DNA of 61,835 nt, filler included, from Globobulimina sp. (lineage: Eukaryota): the NCBI GenBank assembly GCA_003354225.1. It is 14 parts of 14 records of this genome, joined end to end, with 100 filler letters (N's around TTAATTAATTAA, not from the genome) between each part and the next. Parts side by side here need not be neighbours in the genome. Positions count along the whole stretch, not along the records: positions 8,857 to 13,184 come from PIVH01001346.1; positions 13,285 to 17,611 come from PIVH01001347.1; positions 17,712 to 22,038 come from PIVH01001348.1; positions 22,139 to 26,463 come from PIVH01001349.1; 10 more parts are not named here. The stretch is one strand, 5' to 3'. The notes beneath the pieces are model-generated. The model had not been told where the DNA came from. It saw only the letters and a list, made by a program, of their open reading frames with translations, and did no database searches. Shown here piece after piece: positions 12,705 through 24,065 of the stretch; position 1 is the first letter of the stretch, and each line of letters opens with the position of its first letter. The translations under genes were made by a program, and so were the position numbers.

Positions 12705-12850
12705 TTGCGTAGTTAGCCGATTAAGTATCGGAGCAACCAACTGTTTGAAAGTGCCAACGATGTAGAAATTGCGAATAAAGTTAAAGTGGTCCACAGTTGC
12801 GTAGTTAGCCGATCAAGTATCGGAGCAACAAACTGTTTGACAGTGCCAAC
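12705..12850 (+). repeat. Two 54-bp direct repeats (12705-12758, 12797-12850) separated by 38 bp
   Basis: TTGCGTAGTTAGCCGATYAAGTATCGGAGCAACMAACTGTTTGAMAGTGCCAAC with 3 mismatches. Confidence 0.9.
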
Positions 12851-13530
12851 CAGGCAAAAGTGCTAGAAATACCAATAAGTGTACAGCAACAAGTCTTATC
12901 TCCTGATTATCGTAACTGCCATTGTAATATACTATTATATAAAGTGAAAGCAGTTTTTTTTTCGGCGCAATTGATCGTATGGATTTGAAGGTATAACAAC
13001 ATTGGTAATGCTATGGCAGGCACGTAAAAACGGTTAACTTCAAAACTGTCGTCTTAGATTTTTGAATTTCGATTTTATTTTGGAGAAAACAGTCATATCG
13101 TTATTTTTGTGCATAATTGTTTACTGTAAATATTGTAGCTGTAAATATTTCTATTCATAATCATATATTTTTAGTTTAATAATCNNNNNNNNNNNNNNNN
13201 NNNNNNNNNNNNNNNNNNNNNNNNNNNNTTAATTAATTAANNNNNNNNNNNNNNNNNNNNNNNNNNNNNNNNNNNNNNNNNNNNACATGTGCTTTTTTTG
13301 ACCAAGTGTTATAATATATTTTTGCTTTTTGTTTTTTTTTTTTACCCAGTATGAAAGTTAATATTTATTTAGAATTCTAAATTCGATTTAATTGACATCT
13401 TGACTTTGTCACTTTTTTTTACTTTTTGCTTTTTTTTGATTACAATCAAAAGTTTTATGATTTAATTTTTAAAATTTATCCATCAAATCTTTCTTAGCCG
13501 CAATTGATGAAAATTGAACAGAGGGGAATT

Positions 13531-15243
13531 TTACGCAAAGTCTAAAATGGTGTAAGCAAAGACAGCGATGAAGGAAATCAATGAGGTGCCAGTTATTATA
13601 AACGACCACGAAATGTGGGATATCCAATCCTTTGTATTTGACGTTTTTTCAACGTTTGCATTAATATCGTCATCGATACATATTTCCTTTATAAACTGCT
13701 TTGATTTATATTGTAAATAACAAGGCGCCACATAACAAGCTAACAACTTAAAAGCACCAGAAATTGCTAAAATTACTTCGAAATCCCATTCAACCAAAGC
13801 CAAGCCAGAAACTAATGTGCAAAGAGTAATTTTAATAATCACCACATATCTCTGATTATGACAGGATTCGTAACACGTTGTTATTTCATTTGCATCCATT
13901 TTTTTACTTTTATCATTTGGTATGACACTCAATAAAATCGCCTCAAACGTGTTGGATAAAGTGGTTGCAATCAAAGGGAAGGCAGAGCCAATATCAATGG
14001 CTGGGAGCAACACAATAAACCACGACACGATCAATGCCCAAATGGGTTGACTCGACGTGGCAGCAAAGCCCATAAAGCCTTGCCATGCCAAAGTGCACGG
14101 ACTCTGAGTATCGGCGCCAAAGTATAATGATATGGTCACTCCACAAAGTATGTAAACTATGGAGCATATTGCAATGGACGAGGACCATAATAAATGTTGT
14201 TTGTTCTGTTTGTTTTGCGGCGACAAAGGTTGGATAACATCCATTACACAAAACTGTGAACCAAAAGCAAACGAAGCCACTGCAATAATATATGCTAAGC
14301 CTGACCAATTCCATGCGGATACATCAGACCATGCATAGCGAGCATCTGTTACATACTCATTGCCATCGAAATAATATACAGAGTACATCAGACCGATGGA
14401 CGTGAAGACCATTAAAAATATGATGACGATTCGAGCGATTGTCGCCGATACTTGCAACCATTTTTGATGTCGAAAATCTATTAAAGTTATCAGCAAAGTC
14501 CATAACCAGAATATTAACACATAGACACTGTATAAAACGCGACAGTTTTTGTCTGGGTCTTGTTCCATGTTACATGCATTGGATATGATTGGTATTCCAA
14601 TGTTGCGAGCTAAGGATACACCAAATAATACATTGTAAGACCATAAGCCGATTAATGTTGACACACCAAAGGAAATATCGTACGCTGTATTGGTATGTAA
14701 TATATTTTGACAATGATTACATTAAAAAAAATAAAAATATTGCGAACCTAAACGGCACCATTTACCACAAAAAATATTGACTAATTCTGATAATTGGTAC
14801 TCGTTACGTATAATTTTATAATTTGCTCCAATGTTTTGCGCTGTTATTTTATTTTTCAATCTTTGTTTGACATAGTCTCCATTTGAGACAATTTCGTGTT
14901 TTTGTATAGAATATGATTGTTTTGCAATTGTTGTGATGGCTTCAGCTCTGATTATCGCATCGACGACATACATATTGGTGATGTAGGACAATAATCCAAT
15001 GAACAAAATCATTAATGAGCTCAATATATATCCAGTTTTGTAAAATTCAAACGGGAGTCCAAGTATTCCGGCACCGATCGAATAATTTAAGGCAAAGCAG
15101 ATTGAAACATATATCGAGTATCCACGTTTTTTGGCAGTTCCATCTATGTTTGCAGTGTCATCATCTGTATCATGCGAATGGTGCGCTACTTTGGTGGACG
15201 TGGCCCTCGGTAATAAGGGTAATTCCTCAGTGAACGCGTCCAT
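13531..15243 (-). CDS. Amino-acid transporter (AAAP/Aa_trans family); intron 14685-14747
   Basis: NYSIGAGILGLPF motif and many TM helices. The 63-nt GT-AG intron joins the two ORFs in frame (TTA G|CG TAC). Confidence 0.88.
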
Positions 15244-15284
15244 ATATTTTACTTACTTAATTAAAAAACCTGAGTTGTATAATA

Positions 15285-16958
15285 ATGCCAAAGAAACACA
15301 AGAAGAAATCCAAAAAGAAAAAGGAATCCAAGAACAAATGGTACGAATGGTGGATAATGCCATCATTTGCAATTGCAATCATTTCCATTTTATTATATTT
15401 CACAGTGTCTCATCAAACCGCACTATCCGCCATAATATTGGGTCAGCCTCGAACTCCTGCTTCAAAGCAACAAATTGATGACTTAACCACAGCCATCACA
15501 GCGTTGCAAGCTGCTAAGATCAACGAATTGACATCAAAATATGAATTTAATTTCGACTCACCGCCGCATGCTCCAATGGCAATGACAATGAATGATTTCT
15601 TCACAAATTGGTCAGCCAATATCCACGACAATAAATATTCGCAGCGGCTGGACATTGTCCGCCTATTAATGAATAGCACAAAGATTGAAAGTTTGTGTTT
15701 TTGCCATCAATTGGCAGAGTACCGAATCATTGATGCTTTGCAATTGGTTCTCGCGGAAATGTCTGACGAAGCCATCCAACAATGTTTTATGCAAAGCGGT
15801 GCCAACAACAACAATATATTCCATCGAGTGAGCAAATCCAAAGCAGCTTCCTTTGCGAGACAATTATTAAAATTGGGAGCGAATAACCAAAAATTAAGCA
15901 GTTCCTTCAAAAGGTTGCATATTTTCATGACAAAGCAATCCAAGGCACAGCGCAGGAAACGCATTGTATCGCAGACAAACATCAAAAAGTGGACCTCGCA
16001 GATTGATATCGAATTAATTGTCGAATATGCATTGAAGGCAAATATTAATGAACGCTTTTTTTTTGCTACAAACACTGAAAATTACACAGGATTTGATTAT
16101 TGGATTTTGAACCATGGACAGGATGAAATGAATGCATTTTTGCAACGTTATCAACATTTATTTGCTCAATATTTGAAATATAATCAACACAATAAAAGCG
16201 TGCAAAATAAGGTGCAATTTGTGAATATGGAACATGTAAATCATTGTAATCTGTCTGCAGACACATTGGGTTTCTGTGGGAGCAATGCATGTTTTCCACC
16301 GATTATCACTGACTGGAGCGACTTTGCTGTGTATTGGGAACAACAAAGACCAGTAATTATCAGAGCTGGTGATCCGAAACGAAATAAAAACATTAATTTG
16401 ACATCTTTGATGGAGCAGTTTGGCGATTTATCAATGATGGTTTCCGAGATTCCCTATGCTCCATTATTTGGTATGAAAGCGTGGTCGATTCCGATCAAGG
16501 AATATATGAATGTCATATTGAATGGCGAGCATAGGAGCAATATGTATGCGTTTGATAAAGCTTTGATAGCTTCGAATGAAGAGTTGCGAGCATATTTCAA
16601 CTATTCTGTGCAGTTTATGCATGATAAAAGTGTGCAATACGTAGAAACCTATCAGTTGGCTTTGGGGCCATCGACATCCGGCTCTCCTCCTCATTGGCAT
16701 CCACCTGCATTCAATCAAGTATTTATTGGCAGGAAGTTGTGGTGGATGTTTAGTCCAAGAAATTCGTTTTTCAGTTCTCTGAATGTTATGGAATGGCTCA
16801 ATGAAGAATATAAAAAGAAAAAGAAGTATCGCGGTGCCAAACGCAGACATTATTGTTTTGTTCAACAAGTTGGCGATGTCGTGTTTGTGCCGAATGAATG
16901 GTCGCACGCTACCAATAACTTACAAACCACTCTTGCGATTGCTATTGAATTCAGTTAA
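15285..16958 (+). CDS. JmjC-domain protein, JMJD8-like, with N-terminal membrane anchor
   Basis: LGPSTSGSPPHWHPPAFNQVFIGRKLWWMF and QQVGDVVFVPNEWSHATNNL. The HxH metal motif matches JMJD8. Confidence 0.82.
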   Translation: MPKKHKKKSKKKKESKNKWYEWWIMPSFAIAIISILLYFTVSHQTALSAIILGQPRTPASKQQIDDLTTAITALQAAKINELTSKYEFNFDSPPHAPMAMTMNDFFTNWSANIHDNKYSQRLDIVRLLMNSTKIESLCFCHQLAEYRIIDALQLVLAEMSDEAIQQCFMQSGANNNNIFHRVSKSKAASFARQLLKLGANNQKLSSSFKRLHIFMTKQSKAQRRKRIVSQTNIKKWTSQIDIELIVEYALKANINERFFFATNTENYTGFDYWILNHGQDEMNAFLQRYQHLFAQYLKYNQHNKSVQNKVQFVNMEHVNHCNLSADTLGFCGSNACFPPIITDWSDFAVYWEQQRPVIIRAGDPKRNKNINLTSLMEQFGDLSMMVSEIPYAPLFGMKAWSIPIKEYMNVILNGEHRSNMYAFDKALIASNEELRAYFNYSVQFMHDKSVQYVETYQLALGPSTSGSPPHWHPPAFNQVFIGRKLWWMFSPRNSFFSSLNVMEWLNEEYKKKKKYRGAKRRHYCFVQQVGDVVFVPNEWSHATNNLQTTLAIAIEFS

Positions 16959-17167
16959 TTGATGCAAGGAACTGACAGACTTTTTACATAACCCCACTCA
17001 CTGTATACTGAATATTTTTCTTACGTTTCCAACAAAAAACATCAATACTTGCATGAATATGCACAAAAAAATAGCACACCAAACAGAAAAAGACAAACAA
17101 ACCAAAAAAACGAGAAGAAAACACAACAAACAAATATACATAATATTAATTATAATTTACATAATAA

Positions 17168-17611
17168 CTATTTAGTTTTACAAATTATTAATTCATTTTT
17201 TATTAACTGAACAGAAAAATTACTCTCAACAAATGTACAACGCATTTCATCTGGAAATTCATCAAATAACCATTTCCTTCCTGGATCTTTAATTATTATT
17301 CGATTAAATGTTTTTGGTAATATTGCTGAATCAATAATTGATAATAAATTAGAAATATTAAATGCATATAACTTACCAAAGTATAATCCACCAGCCGTAA
17401 TAATTATTATTTCATTCATATTTGGAAATAATTCAAATAATAATGGTTTAAATAAATTAATATTATTATCATCAATATCTGAAACAGATTGTTCTTTCAC
17501 TGAATGCATTACCAATGATTTAAATTTATTATTATTAACACTTGTATATATTTCGTCTAAATTTAAAACAATTTGTGCTTTCTTGATTGCATATAAATAA
17601 AATGTATCATT
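17168..17611 (-). CDS. C-terminal fragment of an uncharacterised protein, resembling the tail of the 26564-29162 protein
   Basis: Open frame from the contig end. LFELFPNMNEIII is similar to LLAIFPSLRTLFL near 26570-26610. Confidence 0.45.
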   Translation of the reverse strand, partial: NDTFYLYAIKKAQIVLNLDEIYTSVNNNKFKSLVMHSVKEQSVSDIDDNNINLFKPLLFELFPNMNEIIIITAGGLYFGKLYAFNISNLLSIIDSAILPKTFNRIIIKDPGRKWLFDEFPDEMRCTFVESNFSVQLIKNELIICKTK

Positions 17612-17792
17612 NNNNNNNNNNNNNNNNNNNNNNNNNNNNNNNNNNNNNNNNNNNNTTAATTAATTAANNNNNNNNNNNNNNNNNNNNNNNNNNNNNNNNN
17701 NNNNNNNNNNNGGCGATTAATCGGCCTATTAGGGTAAAGAAAACAATGAGTCCAAATAATAATAGAAATGTTTTAAACATATGATTTTTCTC

Positions 17793-17959
17793 CTAACAAC
17801 TTTCTTTAGAAAGCAGAAGTTCCCATTGACGATCTATCTCTGCCTGCAGTTCTTCAATGACAGACTCCCACTGTGGGTCTTTTAGATGTTTAAAGCGACC
17901 CTGTAATAAGAGCCAGTCCTTTATGGGTTGTCTTTCCTTTGGCTGATAATTGATTTTAT
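17793..17959 (-). CDS. porB: Prokaryotic pyruvate/2-oxoacid:ferredoxin oxidoreductase beta subunit, C-terminal fragment
   Basis: KINYQPKERQPIKDWLLLQGRFKHLKDPQWESVIEELQAEIDRQWELL carries the QGRFKHL signature. It is followed by an AGGAG RBS and an ATG at 17780. Confidence 0.7.
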
Positions 17960-20692
17960 ATTCACATTGAACGAATCGTTGATAATAAATCCAAACATTC
18001 CAAAAGGTTTGAAACATATTCCAAAGAAATATTTGCAATCCACCTCGTCATTGCTATCTTATTCATCCATCCCATCCAATATTAAAATTGCAAAATGTGC
18101 CCAAAAAAATCATGAAATCACTCAATATGCAGTCGCTGCAAAACAAATTCAAGAATACAAACAACATTATACATTACCGGTGGATAATGATTATGAGAAT
18201 CCTTTGGTTCACTTATCGTCGCGACATACAATTCCGGTCTGCACTCACTTTCTTTTTTTCTCTTTTTCTGTAGTTTGCAAACTCAAACAAACCTACAAGG
18301 CATCGCTTGACAAATCAGAATTTCCTCCAGTTTTGAGTCAATTTTCACGTATTTTAGGGTCGACATATGCTGACCATACAAATTACGAAGCACCTTCCAC
18401 CAAAATTGGCTTATTTTATACGCCAACATCTTCCCTTTATCGCATAAATACCACTTCAAAACAAATCGAATACACCGATTATTTGCCTTTTTTCCAATGC
18501 AATCCTGAAAAATATTATGCTGGAAATGCCAAGAAATTGCTTGAGTATCAGTTGAAATATAATTTTGCAGAAAATAAGGAAAATAGATCCGATGTGTCAT
18601 GTTTAGAGATAGATATTGCAACATCCTACAAACGGTATTATGAATATATATATAATCATATGGATGACTGTGATGCTTTTATTCCTTCGCTGAGAGATGA
18701 ATTAATCGCAAACATATTAAACAAATTAGAGCCTGATTTAGCTGTCATTTCGCAGCAGAAAGTCGAAGAAATATTAAAAAATAATTTAAATGCTATACAA
18801 TGCGACAATGTGACTGCTATCAAACAATCGATATTGGATTATGTGCTAAAGAATAAATCGGAGAGAATCCGGTTAAATATTCAGATCCCACCGCATCATA
18901 TCCATGAATGGGGATATTCGCCTCTACCATTTTCAGCGCCATTAGCATGGAATAATCAGTTGCAAAACGCCTGGAATTCTATAAACAGCTCGGCATATTT
19001 TGTCAATATATCCATCATTGAAATGCTAGCTTTATGGCAAAATTATAAACATTATCGCTTATTTTGTACACCATCAAAATTGCAGCAAGATGAGAATGAT
19101 AAACGTATGGCACACAAATATATTCAGCCAATGTCTCTTCAGGAATTCAGCGAGGAACAAGAACAGCATTTGGAATTTGTGAGAAATGTATTTGTAAATA
19201 ACTGGTACAATGATTGCGTAAATATTATGAAGAAATATGTAGAAGAAAACGGGTTGGATTCGTCGGAAGAATCAACCTTGAAATTATTCTCCGGAGTGGC
19301 CGCATTTATGAGCTGTAAATTATGCGAAATTGTATACGAATCCTTAAAAGATGTTATTTTGTTTTTTGAAGAGTACAAAACTGCACAGATTGCAGTTTAT
19401 GATGAGAATGTATTAAATATTGCAAATCCGCAATATAAATATCAAAGTTTATGGAAGATTGGCTTAGAATTTATGGGTAGAGATGGTATCGAATATGAAA
19501 TGCCGTTGGAAGAGATTGAGGTGACAATCAATGAGATGATCGAGAATATTGTCACCTGTTTTGATGGAATTAATTGTGTGGAAGGCAAAATATTTGGTTT
19601 ATTAGAAAATGTAACCAATTTAAGTGTATTTGTGGATGCTGAAATTCAGCAAAAAACCAGAAATAACATATTAAATGTAACGAATGTATTTATTAAAGAA
19701 TTGATATGTTTAAAAGATTTATATTCCAATCAGTTTGCTTCATTGTTTGCAAATAATGAGTTAACGACACAGTTAATGCAAATTGAACATAACCAAGATA
19801 TAACAGATAATTTATCGGAATTTAGAAAAGAAATTCAAAAATATGAAGAAATACGGCAAAATGTGATAAATAATGGCAAATTAACCGTAAAGATTGGATT
19901 GTTTTCTGTAGAATGTCAAACCATAAACTCTTTGATTGTTAATCATGCGCAAGATTTAAAAAATGGAATAACAAATTACGTAGCAAAGAAATTAATAAAT
20001 AAATCACAACATTTAGTGATAAATTATGAGGAAAAATCAAAAAAGTTATTAAACAAACCACAAAATGCGACGGAATTAATTGATTTAATAAAAGAAATTG
20101 TAGTATTTAATAAATCAGAATTATCAGAATGGGAAAATATTTCTAATGAAATTGGCAATGAATTGAGTTTTTTATTTGAAACAGATCATGGATTAACTCA
20201 TGATTTATTGCGAAATGTTGGTCGTGTTTCAGATTGGAATAAAAAAATAATTCAACACAAACGCATTGGCGATAAAAATGTAATGACACAAACAGAATGT
20301 ATTAAAACTATGGTTAATGAGAAAGCGAAACAATTTGAGATTAAAATGAAGAAATTGTATCAAGAGGTTGAGGGTTTACAGTTATTATCGGAGATTAGAG
20401 ATGATGCCAAAATTGAGAATGTAAAAGCAAATATGAAATTAGTTGCCGGCGAGAAGGAATATATAGAAAATGAGCAGCGATTATTAGAAATTGATCAATC
20501 ACAGTTTAAAATGTACAAATTGCTGCAGTACGTTAAATATATATTTTTAAAATGAATTTGTAAAACAAATTTAAAATTAATATATGATAAATAATTATAA
20601 ACAGGGATGCCGTTGGAAAACTGTAAAGATTTACTAATTTTGTGGGAAAGAGTACGTAAATCGAATGAAACGAATCATGCAATTTGTGTGTA
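17960..20692 (+). CDS. Axonemal (inner-arm type) dynein heavy chain, N-terminal region only; probable introns 18237-18299 and about 20528-20604
   Basis: SILDYVLKNKSERIRLNI, PLAWNNQLQNAWNSI, KPQNATELIDL and ENEQRLL resemble the DNAH3/7/12 N-terminus. No motor domain follows. Confidence 0.65.
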
Positions 20693-21385
20693 AACCCATT
20701 GTATTTAAACAATTTTATTTAAATTGAGCTTATTCAATAAGTAATTAAATAAAAATTAAAACATTTTTAATGTTCTTGATACATAACCGACCGCCGCTGG
20801 TTAGATAACCGTTTTTAAACATAAGGGAATGTTCTTGTATTACGTAATTAGACTATAGAACATTCCCTAATAAGCGGTGTAAACAAATAAACACAGCCAA
20901 AAATTGATATTATCGATTATGTTGCAACAAATCTCTACAACGAACACATACAATTTATATTAGAACAAACACAACGAAACAATAAGAAAAAAAGACAAGA
21001 AAAAAGAAGCAGCAATAAATGAGACGATAAGTGATAGAATATTTGAATTTGGATTCCATTCGAAGCATATTCATGATGGTTGACATGATTTGCAAATTCG
21101 CAAATCATAACATTTGCAGGCAACTTTCCACAGAAAACGATTCACAAAAATCCAAATATATTTAATTTGTGATGTAAGTCAAATACTACCATAAATAGAC
21201 AGATTTTGTTGAATTTTGCTGAATTGCTGATGACCATGATACGGTACACAAAGATTCGCAGAAATTTGTATTGTACATGAAACAGATTTTACTTTAATGG
21301 TTTGATAAAATAATATGGTTTTGAACAAATATGGCTACTTGAATACATTTTTTATTTTTGGTGGCATCTGTTGTTATATTTATAT

Positions 21386-21679
21386 TCAACTCATTGCAAT
21401 ATCACCTTCGGAATCATTGATACCGTTTTTATAATTTGTGTGAGGTCTCGTAGATGCATATAAATGTTCTAATTGCTGCATTCTATCAAGTAATCGATTT
21501 ATTATCGTTTGATTGTAATATTGAGCAGTTTGTAATTGTTGCATTCGATGTAAAATGCCATCATATTCTTGTTTTGTGATAAATACCATCTGATCAGCAG
21601 TGCTGTTTTCTTCTCTTTTATTTTTTGTATTTATCTGTTCGGTTTTGTATGTTTTAGTGTCAAATATAGATTTAGACAT
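21386..21679 (-). CDS. Small hypothetical coiled-coil protein
   Basis: 97-aa ATG-started ORF with an internal RMQQL duplication. Confidence 0.35.
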   Translation of the reverse strand: MSKSIFDTKTYKTEQINTKNKREENSTADQMVFITKQEYDGILHRMQQLQTAQYYNQTIINRLLDRMQQLEHLYASTRPHTNYKNGINDSEGDIAMS

Positions 21680-22138
21680 TTAGTGCAACTAATATGTTAC
21701 TTTCTATTTTATTGCTTAACTGCGACAGCATTGTATAGGGCACTGGGTGTGGAAGAAGGAATCGTTGACATTGTTTAATTTACAATAAAAGATTGGAGGG
21801 AGATGAGGTTTGCAAATAATAAATGTAGAAAGTCTGCACAATGTTTGTTGGGTTTCGTCAGTTTTACTGGTTTGTGTTTCTAATGGCACTGGCTATGTAC
21901 AATTAATTTTTCCTTCAATTGATAAATAGTAATGCTATATTTGGTATTAATTTGATGATAATAACGGTGGTTTTGGTATTTGATAAGTGGTTTTGGTATT
22001 TGATTATCTCTCCAAACAAACTCAAGTAACGGATCAGTNNNNNNNNNNNNNNNNNNNNNNNNNNNNNNNNNNNNNNNNNNNNTTAATTAATTAANNNNNN
22101 NNNNNNNNNNNNNNNNNNNNNNNNNNNNNNNNNNNNNN

Positions 22139-22559
22139 CAAATGGTCGAGATTACAACTTTAAGACATCAGTTAATTGCATTGAAATTATTCAAATGACA
22201 CAATGCATGACACCATACATAGATTAATAGCTTCCCAATTTGATGGGGAAGAGGCTATGCCATTATATGGAACAGAAAAGCGTTTAAGTACTTCCTTAGA
22301 GAAAGCCAAAACAACTGCAGACATGAAAGAATTTTTAATGTGTCAATACAAATCGATGGATATCGATTCAAGTGACGAAAATAGAGAGCTTAGCCCAGAA
22401 ATACTGACGGCAATCAATGATGATCAAGAAATGAGAAATTTATTTCGAAATAATTGTGAAAATGGTCGGGATAATGCTGCGTTGACTGAGGAGAAAAATG
22501 AAATGACTGCGCAGTTAGCTCATTTAATTTCGCATTATGTCAGTCTCGATTCAAATTAA
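22139..22559 (+). CDS. C-terminal fragment of a hypothetical protein
   Basis: Open frame near the contig start ending at TAA 22557-22559, with protein-like composition. Confidence 0.45.
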
Positions 22560-22853
22560 AATTGACATTGTATTGTAATTCAGTATTAATAATTTATTTG
22601 TTAGCTTTTATGTGTTTAGATTTATGTTTAGATTTTATAATTTTATATTTTTAACACCTGCATTGTGATACATTTTTATCACAAAATATTTTTATAAACT
22701 TAACCGATATATTCCAACTTGTATACATTTCAGTTATACTTTTAATGGAATATATCAAAAAGGAGGTAGTTACCGAAGTAATCCAACAAAATTAGTAGCA
22801 CGGACTAAGTTTTTGCGGATTCTAAGCTGCAGAACGGATCGTAGAAGACTTTG

Positions 22854-23492
22854 ATGGCAGAAGAAAAAATGGAGGAAGCTCCATTAACGAAAGAGATTCC
22901 ACACAAATACGGTTTAGAAAACGTAGGTGATTTAAAAATAGATATATTGGATGAAGATGGGGAAAGAGTGGATTTTTCAGCCATTTATGGATCCAAAGCA
23001 AAAACAATTATCGTGTTTTTGAGGCATTTTTTATGATTGGAATGCCATGACAGGGCACAAGAAATAACAGAATTATTTGTGTCAAATTCAGGCCTGTTTG
23101 ATTTGAAAGATATTAATATTGTGGCCATCGCCAATGGCTCCTTCAAATATATCAAATCATTTAAAAACTCTATGAATTTCATTGGTGAGTCGTATGCCGA
23201 CCCATCGGGACAAATATACTCTGCGTTGAATATGAAAAAATATAAATGCGGAGATATGGGTTGCTGTGAAAGAATAAGCTGTCCCTTTCGAACCATGTTT
23301 GTTTGCATCAAAGCCATTTATTTACAATGTTGCAAATGTTGGTGTACCTGTTCTAATCCTGGCGATATCTCACAACTTGGCGGCGTTGTTATCATCGACC
23401 AGAAAGCAAACATAGTATTTCAATTTATCGACGACGAACCGGGACTACCTTTGCCAATCAACGAGATTAAGAAATACATGACAACAAAATAA
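22854..23492 (+). CDS. Probable selenoprotein of the AhpC/TSA_2 (PRXL2/AAED1/SelU-like) thioredoxin-fold family; TGA 23034-23036 read as Sec
   Basis: Two in-frame ORFs separated only by TGA give IIVFLRHFL-U-LEC, which aligns to the family pattern VVVFVRHFLCxxC. Downstream YADPSGQIYSALNM and GDISQLGGVVII are conserved. Confidence 0.82.
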
Positions 23493-24065
23493 TTATTAAT
23501 ATAGTATAAGTAGTATTATATATATCAGATATCTGTTGAATGCAATGGAATGGAGACTGACAGTCACAGTGATTATTGCGCCTTTAATAGTTGCAATTTG
23601 ATTGATAAATATATGGTTATCAGTCACCATTTCATGCATAATATTGATAATTGATAATTGACATAGTTTAATTATTAAATATTTTACTTAATTCTTCAAT
23701 TGAAATTAATTCACGTTAATAGTGAGTTCTATAGATCCGATCACAAGGAACATCCATCTGTTCTGAGAAACGTTTCATGAGAAACTAGTTACGGAATGAG
23801 AAACAATAAAATCGTGATTGTTCTTCATGACTTCATCATTATATTAGATGGCTGAGTACGAGTATATGCAGCAACTCATCGTCTCCTTGCACAACACACT
23901 ACGATTTATCTATCCTTGCACTCTGAGCATATTCAATGCCAACAAAAAGAACCTACACAAAAATAGCTTTTTGATATTATAATTAAAAAAAAACCAAAAC
24001 AATTTAAATTATTACATTTAATTCATTCAACCTGTGGTGACAAATAAAATTAAATAAGACGCTCT

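Noticed and set aside
12705-12850. CRISPR array (repeat-spacer-repeat)
   Set aside because: Only two units, the 54-bp repeat is long for CRISPR, there are no cas genes and the context is eukaryotic.
20824-20868. 12-bp stem hairpin AGGGAATGTTCT...AGAACATTCCCT as an ncRNA or terminator
   Set aside because: Isolated and short, with no U-tract or family features; not enough support.
23034-23036. Genome-wide TGA reassignment, or a simple nonsense pseudogene
   Set aside because: TGA ends other intact genes, and this TGA falls exactly on the catalytic Cys position with no other lesions, which favours Sec.
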